A DNA stretch of 62,834 nt, counting the filler, from Rhabdomonas costata (lineage: Eukaryota): NCBI GenBank assembly GCA_019059605.1. It is 29 parts of 29 records of this genome, joined end to end, with 100 filler letters (N's around TTAATTAATTAA, not from the genome) between each part and the next. Parts side by side here need not be neighbours in the genome. Positions count along the whole stretch, not along the records: positions 1 to 2,072 come from JAHMHO010005889.1; positions 2,173 to 4,244 come from JAHMHO010005890.1; positions 4,345 to 6,416 come from JAHMHO010005891.1; positions 6,517 to 8,588 come from JAHMHO010005892.1; positions 8,689 to 10,759 come from JAHMHO010005893.1; positions 10,860 to 12,930 come from JAHMHO010005894.1; 23 more parts are not named here. One strand, given 5' to 3'. A program made the position numbers and the translations under genes. The notes below the pieces were generated by a model that saw only the letters and a list, made by a program, of their open reading frames with translations, was not told the origin of the DNA and searched no databases. Below, in pieces: positions 1 to 12,019 of the stretch. Position 1 is the stretch's first letter. Each line of letters begins with the position of its first letter.

Positions 1-10
1 GTTGTTTTGT

Positions 11-130
11 TGCTCACTGTCCATATTGCCCCAGGCAGTAGCGGCATGGTAGAGAAATACACTATTTTGATCAGAATAGTGTATTTCTCTACCATGCCGC
101 TACTGCCTGGGGCAATATGGACAGTGAGCA
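11..130. repeat. Near-perfect ~120-bp palindrome (hairpin) at contig start
   Basis: 11-66 is the exact reverse complement of 75-130. The centre is T-TGATCA-G, a single T/G mismatch around a palindromic TGATCA. Confidence 0.95.
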
Positions 131-2172
131 GCAAAGCAGAAAACAGAACTACTTTTATACGTTTAGTGTGGTTTTTCACCCTGGTATGCTCGGTACGAAC
201 GAAGCTGTGCTGTTATACTGCTTTCTTGGGTGGTGTGAAAGCCGACGAAGAGAAAGGAAACCTGCCCCACAATGGTCTGCAACGCATAATTGAGATTTTG
301 CATCAAGTGCGGTTAGTGTTGGTGGGGTAGTTTTTGATGAATCCGTAATCTGTAATGTTGGTGCCTTATCCTCTCTGTTTGTGTGAATGTGAAAATGTCG
401 TGATATGTCAATTGTCACTGAACGTCGAATTACACACATCTGAGCCACATACGACGCAGGTGCACAACGCTGTGCCATAGTATCAGCTAGGTGGTGTGTG
501 TTGTCAGCGGAAATTGGTCGCAGTACGTGTTGCGACTCTTTAAAGCCATGCCCTCTCTCTGTGCGGTACCTCCACCCGATTGGTTGTTATCTCGGAAGCA
601 TGTTTCTTCCCGAAAACGAAAGACTGCCAGTGTGCACGAGAAAGGGCGTCGGTCCCAGCTTTGTGGGTTCGAGGGGTTTGGCAAACATGAATACGGGGAT
701 ATCCGCTGCGGCCAACCATAACTCCCACCCGGGGCGCGCCGGGCCAGGTGCCTTCCCTGCGACATCCCAGGCTTACATTACTGAGTGTAATAAGTTTTTT
801 GGTATTATCTCTTCCACTCGGAAGATCCGGAAGCCTTCGGCTTCCAATTTTTGCAACCCGAAAGGGTACCTTTCTTCTTACCATTCCCAGTCCTTTCCCT
901 ACAAAACAGAGAAAAGAAGCAACAGCACACTTGCCCCGAGCGGCTTGTCAAGGCCCGCCAGCTCCTGAAGGTGCAAAAACCAAGTCTGGGGTTCTTCTCC
1001 TTCATCCCCGACTGACCTTTACAGACCTTCCTCTTTCCTCCTGTGCAACGGGCCTTTTCCCTCCAGGTTTCCTCGTCTACCGATGGTAAAAGAGATTAAT
1101 TGTAGTTTGGAGGGCTGCTCCTTTTGAGGAGATCAAAGCGTGTTCGCAATCGCGTGTTGGGGGCGACTGCTCCAAACAATCACCGCTATCGTGTATTTCT
1201 GGTGCTGCCGCACCAAATCCATCGTGTGGGCCTTCTGTTTTCTTGGTTGCCCACTGCGGTGGAAGTTTACCCACCAATTTAAAAGCTTTGCGCTTGCTGG
1301 AAGGCTAGAGGGCTCAGCGTTCAGGCACAGCCGCGTCTTGTAGCTGCCGGATGAAGGTGTATAGTCTGCCGGAGATGTTTTCTGTGTGGTGGGGGAAGAG
1401 CTCCCCTTCTCAGAGAACCCCAAATGGGACACTTAGGTTTCCCCTTGGTCCTTGGAGGAGGAAGCGCTGCTTCTTCCTCTTAACCTTTTACTAGAGGCGG
1501 AAGGGCGAGATTACCTCCTTGCGCAAGACAACCGAGGGCCGGCTGGAACTGTGCTCCGCGAACGAAGTGGCAGACTGAGACTCTGCGGCGCGGTACTTGG
1601 CCACGGAGAGGTGGAGGAAGCCCCTGCAAGTGCGTAGGGCTGGGTTTCTCGCTGGGGTAAGACCTAAGGCGAGTGGTCATTCCAGCCTGGAGGTGCTTGA
1701 GCTGGGCGAGTATCATCCTTTCAGAGGAATATTCAAATATAGGGTGTGCACTCCGAGGGAACCTGCTGGAACAGATGGGCGGCCAGGTAGAGGAACGGCC
1801 GTATTGACACCATCCGATGCCGGGCAACTGCTTTGTTTGCACTGTGCGGGTTTGCCCGAAGCCTCCTTTTGTGCTTTCCGCGTTCTGACGCACTGCAGAG
1901 GTGTTTTGCTGCTAAGAATTCCCCCGTTATCTGTCCCTTATCCCCTTGCGTGCTTGTTGGTAACCTTGCGATGAATGATTTCCGTGGTGTATTATTTTAC
2001 ATTGAACATTCAGGTACCTTCAGTCGATGTGCGAAGCGATTGTCCACACCAGAGGCACCTTACCAAAACCCCNNNNNNNNNNNNNNNNNNNNNNNNNNNN
2101 NNNNNNNNNNNNNNNNTTAATTAATTAANNNNNNNNNNNNNNNNNNNNNNNNNNNNNNNNNNNNNNNNNNNN

Positions 2173-3956
2173 TGGCACTGGCGATGTTCCGGATCACAGA
2201 ATTCGTGGCCAGCTTGGCCATCACCATCTGAGCCGTCCCCGTCACGGGGTCGTACGAGCTGATCAGGTTCTGCCCCAAGATCGAGCTGCCCAGAAGGGCC
2301 CCCGACTTCCGCTCCACAAGGAAGATCACCGTCTCCGACAGTAGGTTGGCCGTGACCTGAGCGCCGAAGGGTTGCACGCACACCGCTGCTCAACTGTGTT
2401 GCCGGTTGCACAATATCCCTTCTGGGCTGTGACGCTAGCAAGGCTCTCCCCCCACAGAGAGAGGTGGATACCGCCTTCAGAAAGTCGTCCAGGGACTGCA
2501 GCAGCACATTCGTCGCGGCCACGCCCTTCACGGCAGTGCCTCCCGCAGAGACGATCGCGTACACCGCGGGCACCACCAGGGCCACCCCAACCGGGCTGAC
2601 CGCGAAGTAGACCGAGGCGAAGGTGACGTCTGGGCCAGGGTTCAGCGCGGCGGCCATGTACCAGGACTGCGGCGAAAGCACCCGCCCCCCTTCCAAAGAC
2701 AGAATGGCACACAAGCTTCGCAGATGTGCTGGAGCCTCTCCGGGTAGTTCTTGTGGGGCTTCTTTACCCTCACTCTCACGGTACTGGGGTCAATTCAGCC
2801 CTCGGTTTCTCGGGTTTATCCGCGGCGCTCGGAATTTTCGGCCTTCAGTGCAACTGATTCCTGGAAAAATACCCGAATAGTGGCGTTGTATACTTCCCCG
2901 GTGACCGTCATGTTCACCGCAGGGGCCAGCCAGTCCGCACCCCAGCTCTCCGCCGCGAAGCCTCCCACGCGGTATCCCGTTAGGTTGTTGCTGAGCTCCC
3001 AAATGCTGTGGGTCTCCGCGACGCGGTGCACATCCAGCAGCTCCCCCGTGCTGAACCCCACGAAGTAGTCCATGGCGATGGGCATCAGCGACATCCCCAG
3101 GAAGATCTGCTTCCGCAGCTCCACCGGGGTGACGTCTCCTATGCGTTCGTATATGCGCGGAGGAGGAGGGGGATAAAGCACAGCCGAGGTGCTGAGGACC
3201 CAGCAAAAGAATACAAAGCGATCAGAAGTACGAGAGAAAGGAGAGGAGGAATCAGCCGTACCCGGAGTGGTGGTGACGGGCCTCTCTGTCCAGAAGCTTC
3301 GTTATCCTGTCGAGACCTTCTGTTCTACACCATACATCGTTGTTAGTTTGACTCTTTTTCATTAAATCGTTTCTGCTGGAGACAACAATCAAGCCAAGCT
3401 TATAATCTGAGAGCACCCTTTCTTTTGAACCCCGCAAAAGCATGCCATTTCAATGAATCAAGCATCCATTACACATTGGAGTTCCGCTAAGAAAGGAAAA
3501 CGAAAAGAAAAAGCTGAGGTTCGAACGAACACCGCGGAAACCTCGCGCCTGGAAACACTGCTCGTCGCCAGTTACACCATACAAAGTTGGAGAAGGAAAC
3601 TCAAAAACTCTGCCTGGGGTTGCCGTTGCAGCCTGCATCCCCAGCAGCTTCGTCATTGTTGCCACTTGCCCCAGCATCCCCGTCACCTCCTTCTCAACCG
3701 CTACGAAGCCAAGCTCCCGGTAGCTCACCGCCACGGTGTCCATGGCCTGCCCCGTGCGGATGTACACCAGGAAGTACGTCACCATCCCAACAATCACCAG
3801 GCTGACCACGGAGAGCAGCCCCACCAGGAGCCACAGCGGGACTTGCACACAGGCCCGCACGCCGGTCTTCTCCTCAGCGGTGGCTTCAGGAGCACAGGAG
3901 TCCATCGCCGACGTTTTGCGGCAGAGCCCCCAGGGGCACTTCGCAAGCAAGTCCAT
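2173..3956 (-). CDS. Membrane receptor N-terminus: TM helix plus extracellular dCache-like domain (receptor adenylate cyclase-type), multi-exon, 3' truncated
   Basis: TM segment VPLWLLVGLLSVVSLVIVGMVTYFLVY. Splicing GT-AG intron 2667-2872 rebuilds a Cache signature YNATIR|SWY (YDPxxRPWY-like). GT-AG intron 2357-2471 gives LQSLDDFLKA|VTANLLSETVIFLVERKSGALLGSS. Confidence 0.75.
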
Positions 3957-4692
3957 TCGGAAGGCTGCTACGTAACCGAGTGGGCGCAAAGAGGAAAAAG
4001 GAATACAAGGTAAGAAGACGAAGTGAGAAGTAATAAATGCTGTCTGCAACAAGAACAATGCTGGTGGCCACTGAAAGGAACGGCAGACGGTGCAGGACAA
4101 ATGCCAGGCCCACCGGCTCATTCCCGGAGCAGGTGAGAACGTTGCAGCCGTAACCTTGTGTGTCTCTTCGGGATTTTGGGGGATTAGGCTCAAATGGGCT
4201 GGCGCCCCCCCTCCCCCCAACAATAGTTGGATTCCCAAGACCAANNNNNNNNNNNNNNNNNNNNNNNNNNNNNNNNNNNNNNNNNNNNTTAATTAATTAA
4301 NNNNNNNNNNNNNNNNNNNNNNNNNNNNNNNNNNNNNNNNNNNNAGAGGAACTCTGAGGACTGCTGGGCGCGATTTTGAGGCCGATTTACCGACCGGTGG
4401 GGGTGCGAGAAGGCGGAACATTTTACTCGTAAATGTAGGCCCACGTTCCATTGGTTGCGACAACCACATTGGAAAAAAGTCCAAAACCCAAAAATGAAAG
4501 CAGATGATGCGAAAAAAAAAAGAGCTATGACAAAATCTAATCTGGGGAATCTGGGGATCAGCGAATCAATAGAGTTACCCAAAGTCCGCAAAAAGGTCGT
4601 GCAAAAACGGATGGGAGATCGCGTCGCATCCACGAGCACAGCGAACTCAGGAACCAAACCAGTTGCACAAGCAGCGAAAGAGGGAGGCATAC

Positions 4693-6416
4693 GCAGACAC
4701 GAGCATGCCCTCATTAACCCCAATCATCTGTGTAATCTTCTGCCGGGTGGTAGACAGCTGGTTGTAAATCTGCAAACCCCACCCACCCAAATGCCTCCAG
4801 AGGAGATGGCTCATGACGCCATCATGATCGCGCGTAGGGAAAGATGCAAACGAAAAACCCACATCCCTCTTCTCTACAGGAATCGCTACTCTGTAGGAAT
4901 CGCTGTACTCGTGTGCAAATGACTCACCAACACACACAAAAAGGCAGAGAGAGAGAGAGAGAGAGAGAGGAAAAAGGCAATGCATCACCGGGAAATGGAC
5001 AAGAATTCCCCAATAGGGCGATAAGGGATGCGGGCATACAGATGAAATGGTAAACAGAAACGTCAGGGCAACTGCACAGTATGCGCACTTACACACGCAC
5101 TTGGTGCACTTGGGAAGGGTGCACATTCACACACACATGCACACACGACTTTCTTTTAAAATAAATACCACCCAAAAGTACCATAAAAATATACTTTGAG
5201 GTACGTGGGCCAATCCGGAATTGGCAAGTCCTTGAACGGGGTAATGAGATAGCACAGGTGGAGGTCGTCCTTTAGGATGAGCCCGTTCTCCAGCATCCTC
5301 TCCATCTCGCTGCACACAAACTGAGCCTCCTGAGCGGCAGAGGGATTGGAGGGGGTGCACCTCTGCAATGCGCACTGTTGGCTTCTTTTTCTGTTCTGGC
5401 GAGGGCAGGAAAAAATGCTATGGCGGTCTCTTGGGTTTCCCAAAAGGGCCCAAAGTACGCGATCTGTGCAAGTCGTGTGGGTAACCAACTCAAAAGCAGA
5501 GTGGCGAACAGAAGAGCACCCACACTTGCACCTTCACAGAAAAGTTGCCTTTATAAGCGCTCAGCCCAAACGGCGTGGCCTTCAGGATGCGCTCGGTGTC
5601 CGGAAGTACATTATCCATCGAAGTCTGCTGCACGTGTTCACAGAAAAGTCCCATAAAAATCGAACCATGAAAGTTGGCAGCAGCGTTACATTACCTTCGC
5701 TGACGGGCGACCCACGGCAAAAGATTCACGGAGGATGGATGGCCGACGGTGGACCATTTTATCTTACCACGCAAAAAGGTTTCAGGGCTCCTTGACCATG
5801 GCAGAGGACTGAGGACGGAGCACGAAAGAGCTTGCAGCACAAATAGGCCCAGGCATTAATACCAAGGTGAATTCAGGCAAGAAGGGGCAGTGCTAAAATC
5901 AAAAACTCTGATCGTGTTCTCCACAACCATACAGTCCCCCAACTCCCCGGAAGGCACACCGCCGAGACCAGGGCTTCGCCAGATTCAGGAGGTGGGGCCT
6001 CACCCAGTGGGGACTGCGGGAGTAGCTGAGGCTGCAGTAGGAGGTCCTCCACACCGTCACTGCCGTCCTCCTCGGCGTCCACCGTGGGGGGTGGCGAGGA
6101 CCGTGAGGAGACAGAGCACACCGAAGATACTACCGAAGAGGTCCGCTCCAGAAGGGGCACCGGCTCCAGGGCCACCATCTTGCTCTGTAAAAGCACCTGC
6201 AGGGTGGCCTCCACATGCTTGTTAAAGGCTGTCACCCCCCGCGCCCCGTTACCCAACAGCCAGTTTCGATCTTTGGTTCTCTCCAGCTTCTCCTTATCCT
6301 CGTCCTACCCAATCCCTTTGCGACCTTCAGCCACGCGGACTCTTCTATGAGGCGTCCCAAGGGCCAGGAGTGTGTCGGCAAGGAAGACAGCGGCAGCGTA
6401 TGCTCTACCGCTGCCC
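4693..6416 (-). CDS. HELQ / DNA polymerase theta-type SF2 helicase, internal exons
   Basis: GT-AG exons ~5532-5627, 5195-5329 and 4693-4769 join to LKATPFGLSAYKGNFSVK-EAQFVCSEMERMLENGLILKDDLHLCYLITPFKDLPIPDWPTYLK-IYNQLSTTRQKITQMIGVNEG, matching the HELQ/POLQ 'LHLIYLxTP..PDW..Y' region. Upstream exons lie at ~5970-6416. Confidence 0.85.
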
Positions 6417-6561
6417 NNNNNNNNNNNNNNNNNNNNNNNNNNNNNNNNNNNNNNNNNNNNTTAATTAATTAANNNNNNNNNNNNNNNNNNNNNNNNNNNN
6501 NNNNNNNNNNNNNNNNTGTTGTGTTGATGCGTTGTGTGTGTGTGTGGGGGGGGGTCTGCAG

Positions 6562-7823
6562 GCCTTCGCTACGCTCCCATACGACCGTATCAACAGCTTG
6601 GCAGTGCTGGGAGCCGTGAGCGGGGTTTTGGCGGTGTACTTTGTGTCGCAAGGCTACGCCCCCCAAGCCCTGATCGTCCCTCAGGCAGGGGATTCCATCA
6701 GTGCATATACGGTCAACACCTCCACGGGGCAGGTAATCACCTTTTTTCTGTCCCTATCTCTTCTTTCCTTCGCCCTGCCACTTTTGTTATGGTATTTTCT
6801 GGGGGGATGGGGATTCCTCCTTACTCTTGGAGTCCCGATCCGTGCATGTCATCTAATTGAAGCTGTCTCATAGGTAAAGGATTGGCAGTGAAACGGAGGG
6901 GACCCATTTGTGTCTTCCTCCTGTCTTGGACTCGGTCGCCCCCTCTCCCGCTATTGAACCCGGTGAATAGCGAACGCTCTTCATGAATAGCGTTCGATAC
7001 TCGGCCGAGAGTAGCGTTCGCTACACAAAACCTTCAGAACGGACCTAACGCATCCTAACGGGGTTCGGGATCGCATGGAATCGTTTCACGTCTAGTGCAG
7101 CGTTCATCCCGCACGTGCACCGCCTCTTAACCCCTTGCTGGCCTTATGTCGCAATTCCACGGGACGTGTATCCCGCTCAGGTGTTTGGCTCAGCCCGCTG
7201 GCTTTCGCGAGAAAATAATCTGTCGTAGGGGTTGGTATTCCCGTGGAAGCGTTTTACGCCAAGTGCTGGGTACCTTATCTCATACAGTTTTCTCAAGTTA
7301 CTCTCATTTGAGCGATGGTTTGCCTACAAAAGGGTTCTGGGAGATGATAAAAGAGAAAGGTGATCGAAAAATTATAAGTGCACGGTTGAATAGTGTTTCA
7401 TGAATAGCAACCGCTACTCACGGGGTGAATAGCACCGCTTCGCAAAAGTGAATGGGCCGGGGGGGGGGGGGGCGAAAGATTACACATAGCCCTTCCTCCT
7501 TAGAGAGCAGCATTAGTTGCACACCGAGTGCTGCAGCCAGCATGCTAGGAAGAAGAAAAATGGCGAAGCCCCAGCCACTCAGGACCCAGAGGTCATCCTC
7601 TCACTCGCTCTCTCACCTTTTCTCATTTTCGCGTTGTCAGGTGATTTACCCTTCCTCGAAGTGCTTTGGGGGGTTCGTTCCATACTGCAACTTGAGTACG
7701 GGGTCCCTGCTGAGCCCCGTGTTTGGATTCACCTCCACGATCGAAGCGGGGCAGTTGCGGTTCGGGCCGTTGCTATCAATTGTGGGCGTGGTGACGTTTA
7801 AGTACGTCATCCTGGCCACCTCG
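6562..7823 (+). CDS. Two exons of an uncharacterised protein, possibly a receptor ectodomain
   Basis: AG/GT-bounded in-frame GC-rich exons 6562-6732 (AFATLPYDRINSLAV...NTSTGQ) and 7641-7823 (VIYPSSKCFGG...VILATS). Confidence 0.6.
6950..7433. mobile_element. Degenerate MITE-like element inside an intron
   Basis: 6950-6985 (GCTATTGAACCCGGTGAATAGCGAACGCTCTTCATG) resembles the reverse complement of 7399-7433. GAATAGC/GCTAYTC motifs recur at both ends. No ORF. Confidence 0.45.
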
Positions 7824-8688
7824 GTGCGGTCCCCGGTATGTCCGCTCCCAGCAACCCCTTGGAAGCTAGGCTTAGATACAGAGTGAGAGAGATGCAAAAG
7901 CGCGAGTGCACAGCAGAAGGGGTCGGGACTTGGGATATCTACAGCAGATGCTGGAAGAAATTGCAAGAGATGAGCCTCCAATCCCAAAGAGAAAACAACA
8001 GGGAACTGACGGAAAAGAAATCCACCGCCCATGGAACCGAACATTGTTAGCGGCTTAAATGACGAAGCCCACTCCACCAGATCTCTCATTAAGTGAAAAT
8101 GCAGCTCGTCACAAGTTCTCTTCGGAATTCTAATGATATGAGGAAACTGATAAACAATAAAAATGCCCTCAACTCTCTTCGTTGCTTAGAGTCAACCACC
8201 AACAAGCCTTGCAGTGGGTTCTGACTGCAATGAAAAGCCTACCCGAGGAATGCAAGGGGGCCATGTACAAGTAGACCTTGGGGAGATTTATGTGCCGATA
8301 CGTGTTTCCCGCCCCACATGATTCATTTTCACCGCAATTCATAGAGTCGTAGCATTTCGATGGCTTCTTGTAGACGAGCCCGAAGTCCTTTCCCACATAT
8401 GGAAAAGGGCACGTGGAATTTACCACACTCACCCACCCATGTTCGCCTTACCACAACCTCGACGACTGAATTCGCACACAGTACCGTGCGCATCGCTATG
8501 CGTTCCCTCTTTCAGAAATTTTGCGAGAGCAGGGACAGAGCGCAGGCCAAAAAAAAGCAGTGCAAAAAGGGGGTATACACACCCCAACNNNNNNNNNNNN
8601 NNNNNNNNNNNNNNNNNNNNNNNNNNNNNNNNTTAATTAATTAANNNNNNNNNNNNNNNNNNNNNNNNNNNNNNNNNNNNNNNNNNNN

Positions 8689-9067
8689 AGCACCGCACTG
8701 CACTGTACTGCAAGAAAACGATTACGGAAGGGTTCCAAAAAAAACGAGTTGTGGAGAGGTATGCACGGGTTCAATTTGCGTCTGAATGTCCTGGCATCAT
8801 CACGATGCTGCAAAGCGGTCACACCGCTTGCGAACCTGGTTCATTAGAACTGACGACTACAACCCTTTTCTGATGGAGAGCGCTGATGTATTGAGAGGTG
8901 GTGGTGTATAAAACATTGCAGCGGGCAAATGCTGCGAATCGATTGGCTTCGCGGCTGGGGTGTCCGGCATATGGACGCAAATTGAACCCGTGCATACCTC
9001 TCCACAACTCGTTTTTTTTGGAACCCTTCCGTAATCGTTTTCTTGCAGTACAGTGCAGTGCGGTGCT
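8689..9067. repeat. Perfect 94-bp inverted duplication at contig start (probable WGA inversion chimera)
   Basis: 8689-8782 is the reverse complement of 8974-9067 with no mismatch seen, and it abuts the contig end. Confidence 0.9.
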
Positions 9068-9448
9068 TCGCACAGGCCAAATCGGATTTTCCCAGAAATA
9101 CACAAGGAACCAATCGCCCAAGGAAACTATCAACTTCGAAGCCACAGCCAAATGTCACGCATGCTACACACCACATACGCCACACGAGGAGGAGTCGAAC
9201 CAGAAAGCGTGTCAGATTGCACAGCACAGGAATGCAATCCAAACTGGGGGCCGTGGGGACATTCAAAACGTGGAAAGTGGAAAGAAGCCCGGCACACAAA
9301 AAAGCACAGTGCAGCATTCATTTCCACAAAAGAGGCCGAAAAAATCGGAGGGAGGGCCACCAAAAAAAGAACAATTCAGACAAAGGACAGTTATGCAGGG
9401 ACATTCACATGGGGCGCTCCAACGTTAGCTCTGCCTGGCAGTGCGCAC

Positions 9449-10163
9449 CTCGCGGGACTGCAGCGCCTGGCACGGGCAGCACAGCGCACACAGTCGGCAC
9501 GCACTGCATCGCTGTGGAAGCAAGCAGAGCCGTAAAAGGAAAGACGGAAAGAAAGGTGGGCTGTGCTTGGAACAAAAACCACGAAACACGGCCAAAATGA
9601 AATCCTCCTCCAACCCCCAACGCTACTCGAGGAAACTACCTAAAACAAGCGGAGTCCTGTCCTTTTCCGCTAGATTCCACCTTAACATTGCGATTCCACG
9701 CGAAAGTCAGAACAGATTCAGCTTGCACTCTAAGGCAAGTCCGCACTGGAAGTGTACTGGCGCCACTTGAACGAACTCACATTAACCAGGCAGGTTGATT
9801 TGACATGGGGTGTATCAACACAAAATGCCAAACAGGAGTGTGTGCAGGATAATGTCGCCTTGCGAAACTTAAAAGAAAAAAAGGACGGATGGAGAGGAAG
9901 GACAAGAAGCGGGGGTGGTCGTGACGGAGCGGGCGGTGGAAGCTGCGCTCACCTCTCCGGGCTGCGCGAGGCTTTGCCTCAGGTGGGAATTGTACTCCTG
10001 TACGGCGGCGCCGTGGGGCCCCTGCAGAGGCATCGCCACGGAGGCCGTGAAGTCCTGCAGCAGCCCACTCAGCACGGAGAGGTGGTTTGGGGTGGGCCGC
10101 ACCGCCACTCCCACCCCGGCATGGTCCAGCGCCTCCGAGAATCCCCACGAAGCCATCAGCTCA
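9449..10163 (-). CDS. 4Fe-4S ferredoxin-motif protein, NDUFS8/ND8 (TYKY)-like, two exons
   Basis: Exons 9953-10163 and 9449-9511 (AG/GT, phase 0) join to ...LRQSLAQPGE|RCSACRLCALCCPCQALQSRE. This is CxxCxxCxxxCP, resembling the NDUFS8 'ERCIACKLCEAICPAQAI' motif. Confidence 0.5.
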
Positions 10164-10859
10164 CTGAAAGTAAGAAAGAAAGGTGTACCATGAAAAGACA
10201 TAACACCAATGAATACCACGGGAAAATGTGAGGGGGGAAGGGGGTTTTGTAGTGGGCTGGTAGAGCCCCCCACCCCCGCAGCCTACTGAAGTCAAGTTTC
10301 GACACTGGTTGCCTGAGATAATTATTTGAGGGATAGGAATTCGGACAGGATTCGATTTTCCGATTTGCGCACTATTGGGTTATACGGTGCAACGTACTAT
10401 GCGCTCATGGGCGAAAAAATCTGAAATAATTTTGTCCCAAATCTTGGGCATTCTTTCGGACCATTGTCCACTAGATGAAACTGTTGATTGCTGGGCTTTG
10501 GTGGACAAGTGGGACAGGTCTATTTCAGGGGGGGGGGGCAAGTCCACGGAGCAGCCAGGACAGGGATTCAGCAGCGTGACAGTAGGCAATCGTCACGATA
10601 CTGCACCCCTCCCCCCTCCGTTCAGGAGTAACGATGCTGGCACCAAAGAGAGACAGAGAGCAGGGGCTCCCAAACGAACATTATGCGTTTTTAGAAGCAC
10701 AGCGGGAAGAGGCAAGCCGCAGCATTGGGGGCATGGGAACGAACCCCCACCTCCAAAACNNNNNNNNNNNNNNNNNNNNNNNNNNNNNNNNNNNNNNNNN
10801 NNNTTAATTAATTAANNNNNNNNNNNNNNNNNNNNNNNNNNNNNNNNNNNNNNNNNNNN

Positions 10860-11574
10860 CGTTGTGGGCGGATGAGGATCACAAGCAGTGGGAAGCAGGC
10901 AAGGGTGTGCAGATGAGGCTTCTGCACACTCCCGGGCACTCCCCAGGTGCGCAAGTTTTCTCCTTTTCCTTTTACCATTGATTCACTTTGATTCCTTTTT
11001 AATGACGTAATTTGGAATCTGTTAATGGCGCCGTCGTTGTTTTGTGTTTGTTTTTGTTTTTGTGCACATGCTCAGGGATTTTTTCGGCGTGAATGTTGCA
11101 ACGTTGATTATTTTTTGACGGTAGCAGTTACAGGGTACGCACGAATCGTTCACTGCGAAAAACTCAGGTGAGCAATTCCCCGGACATTGTTGTTGTTTTG
11201 CGAAAAGTTTGGCTATTAACTAGGTTCTTTATGTTGGTTTTCGAGGCTGTCTCTTTATATTTGCGTATTTGCTCTGCACAGCAGTAGGGGCAATTGTGGT
11301 TTCTGTTGGTGCAGGCAGTATGTGCATTTTGGTCAATGGCCGGGACCTGGTCACTGGAGACACTTTGTTCGCTGGAAGCTGCGGGAGGATAGACCTCGGA
11401 GACTCCGACAAGGTTGCGATGTGGCACAGCCTGAGGCTGCTGTCCACTTTGCCCGGGGGGACCGTCGTGTGGCCTGGCCATGCCTACGGTGGTGACCGAA
11501 GCACAGTGGAGCGAGAGCAGCGCGCGGGTTTTCTGAGAAGCCTCTCGCTCGAGCAATGGAAGAAAATGGCGTGA
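10860..11574 (+). CDS. Metallo-beta-lactamase-fold hydrolase (glyoxalase II/ETHE1-like), last two exons
   Basis: HTPGHSP|GS across GT-AG intron 10947-11314, then TGDTLFAGSCGRIDL and VWPGHAYG. Stop at 11572-11574. Confidence 0.92.
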
Positions 11575-12019
11575 GGGCGCCCCTCCACAACCTCCTGTGT
11601 GTGAACGTTGCGCTCGTGAAAGTCGGTACTTCCCTGTGACTGCGTTCCAGCGTCTGTACAATTATATATTTGAACGTGTTGTTTTCCACTTGCGCGCCTG
11701 TTTCCGGCCGGTGCGGTCCGAGATTGACGATGGGGTTCGTCTCCCACAGAGGCTGGTCAATAAAAACAAAACTGACAGATGAAGACTTTTCGCAAAAGCA
11801 GAGCCCTGCCTTTCCTGGAAACTCGACCTCAGCTTGCAGCCGCTCACATTCTCGTCACTCGCCAAGAAAGTTCCTCAGAAAAGGCGTTGTCCAGCTGAAA
11901 CCCTTTCATGATGAATTTCTCTGGTTTTCAGTGGGTTTTAAGAACCTTCAGGAAATTACTGGACTCTGGGGATCATGCTATCAGGAGTTGGCTATGGTCT
12001 ACTTTGCCTTGTTCAGAAA

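Noticed and set aside
399..445. Box C/D snoRNA-like pattern (GTGATAT...CTGA...CTGA)
   Set aside because: The C box is non-consensus and I could not recognise an rRNA-complementary guide.
900..1900. Possible exons or decayed element in contig 1
   Set aside because: No recognisable motif or consistent splice structure.
3139..3613. GC-AG intron (CCAG|GCAGAG) in the Cache receptor gene
   Set aside because: An in-phase GT donor (TAT G|GTGTAA) exists about 36 nt further on, so GC is not required.
8689..9067. 94-bp inverted repeat as transposon TIRs
   Set aside because: It is 100% identical and flush with the contig end, which is typical of an amplification inversion chimera.
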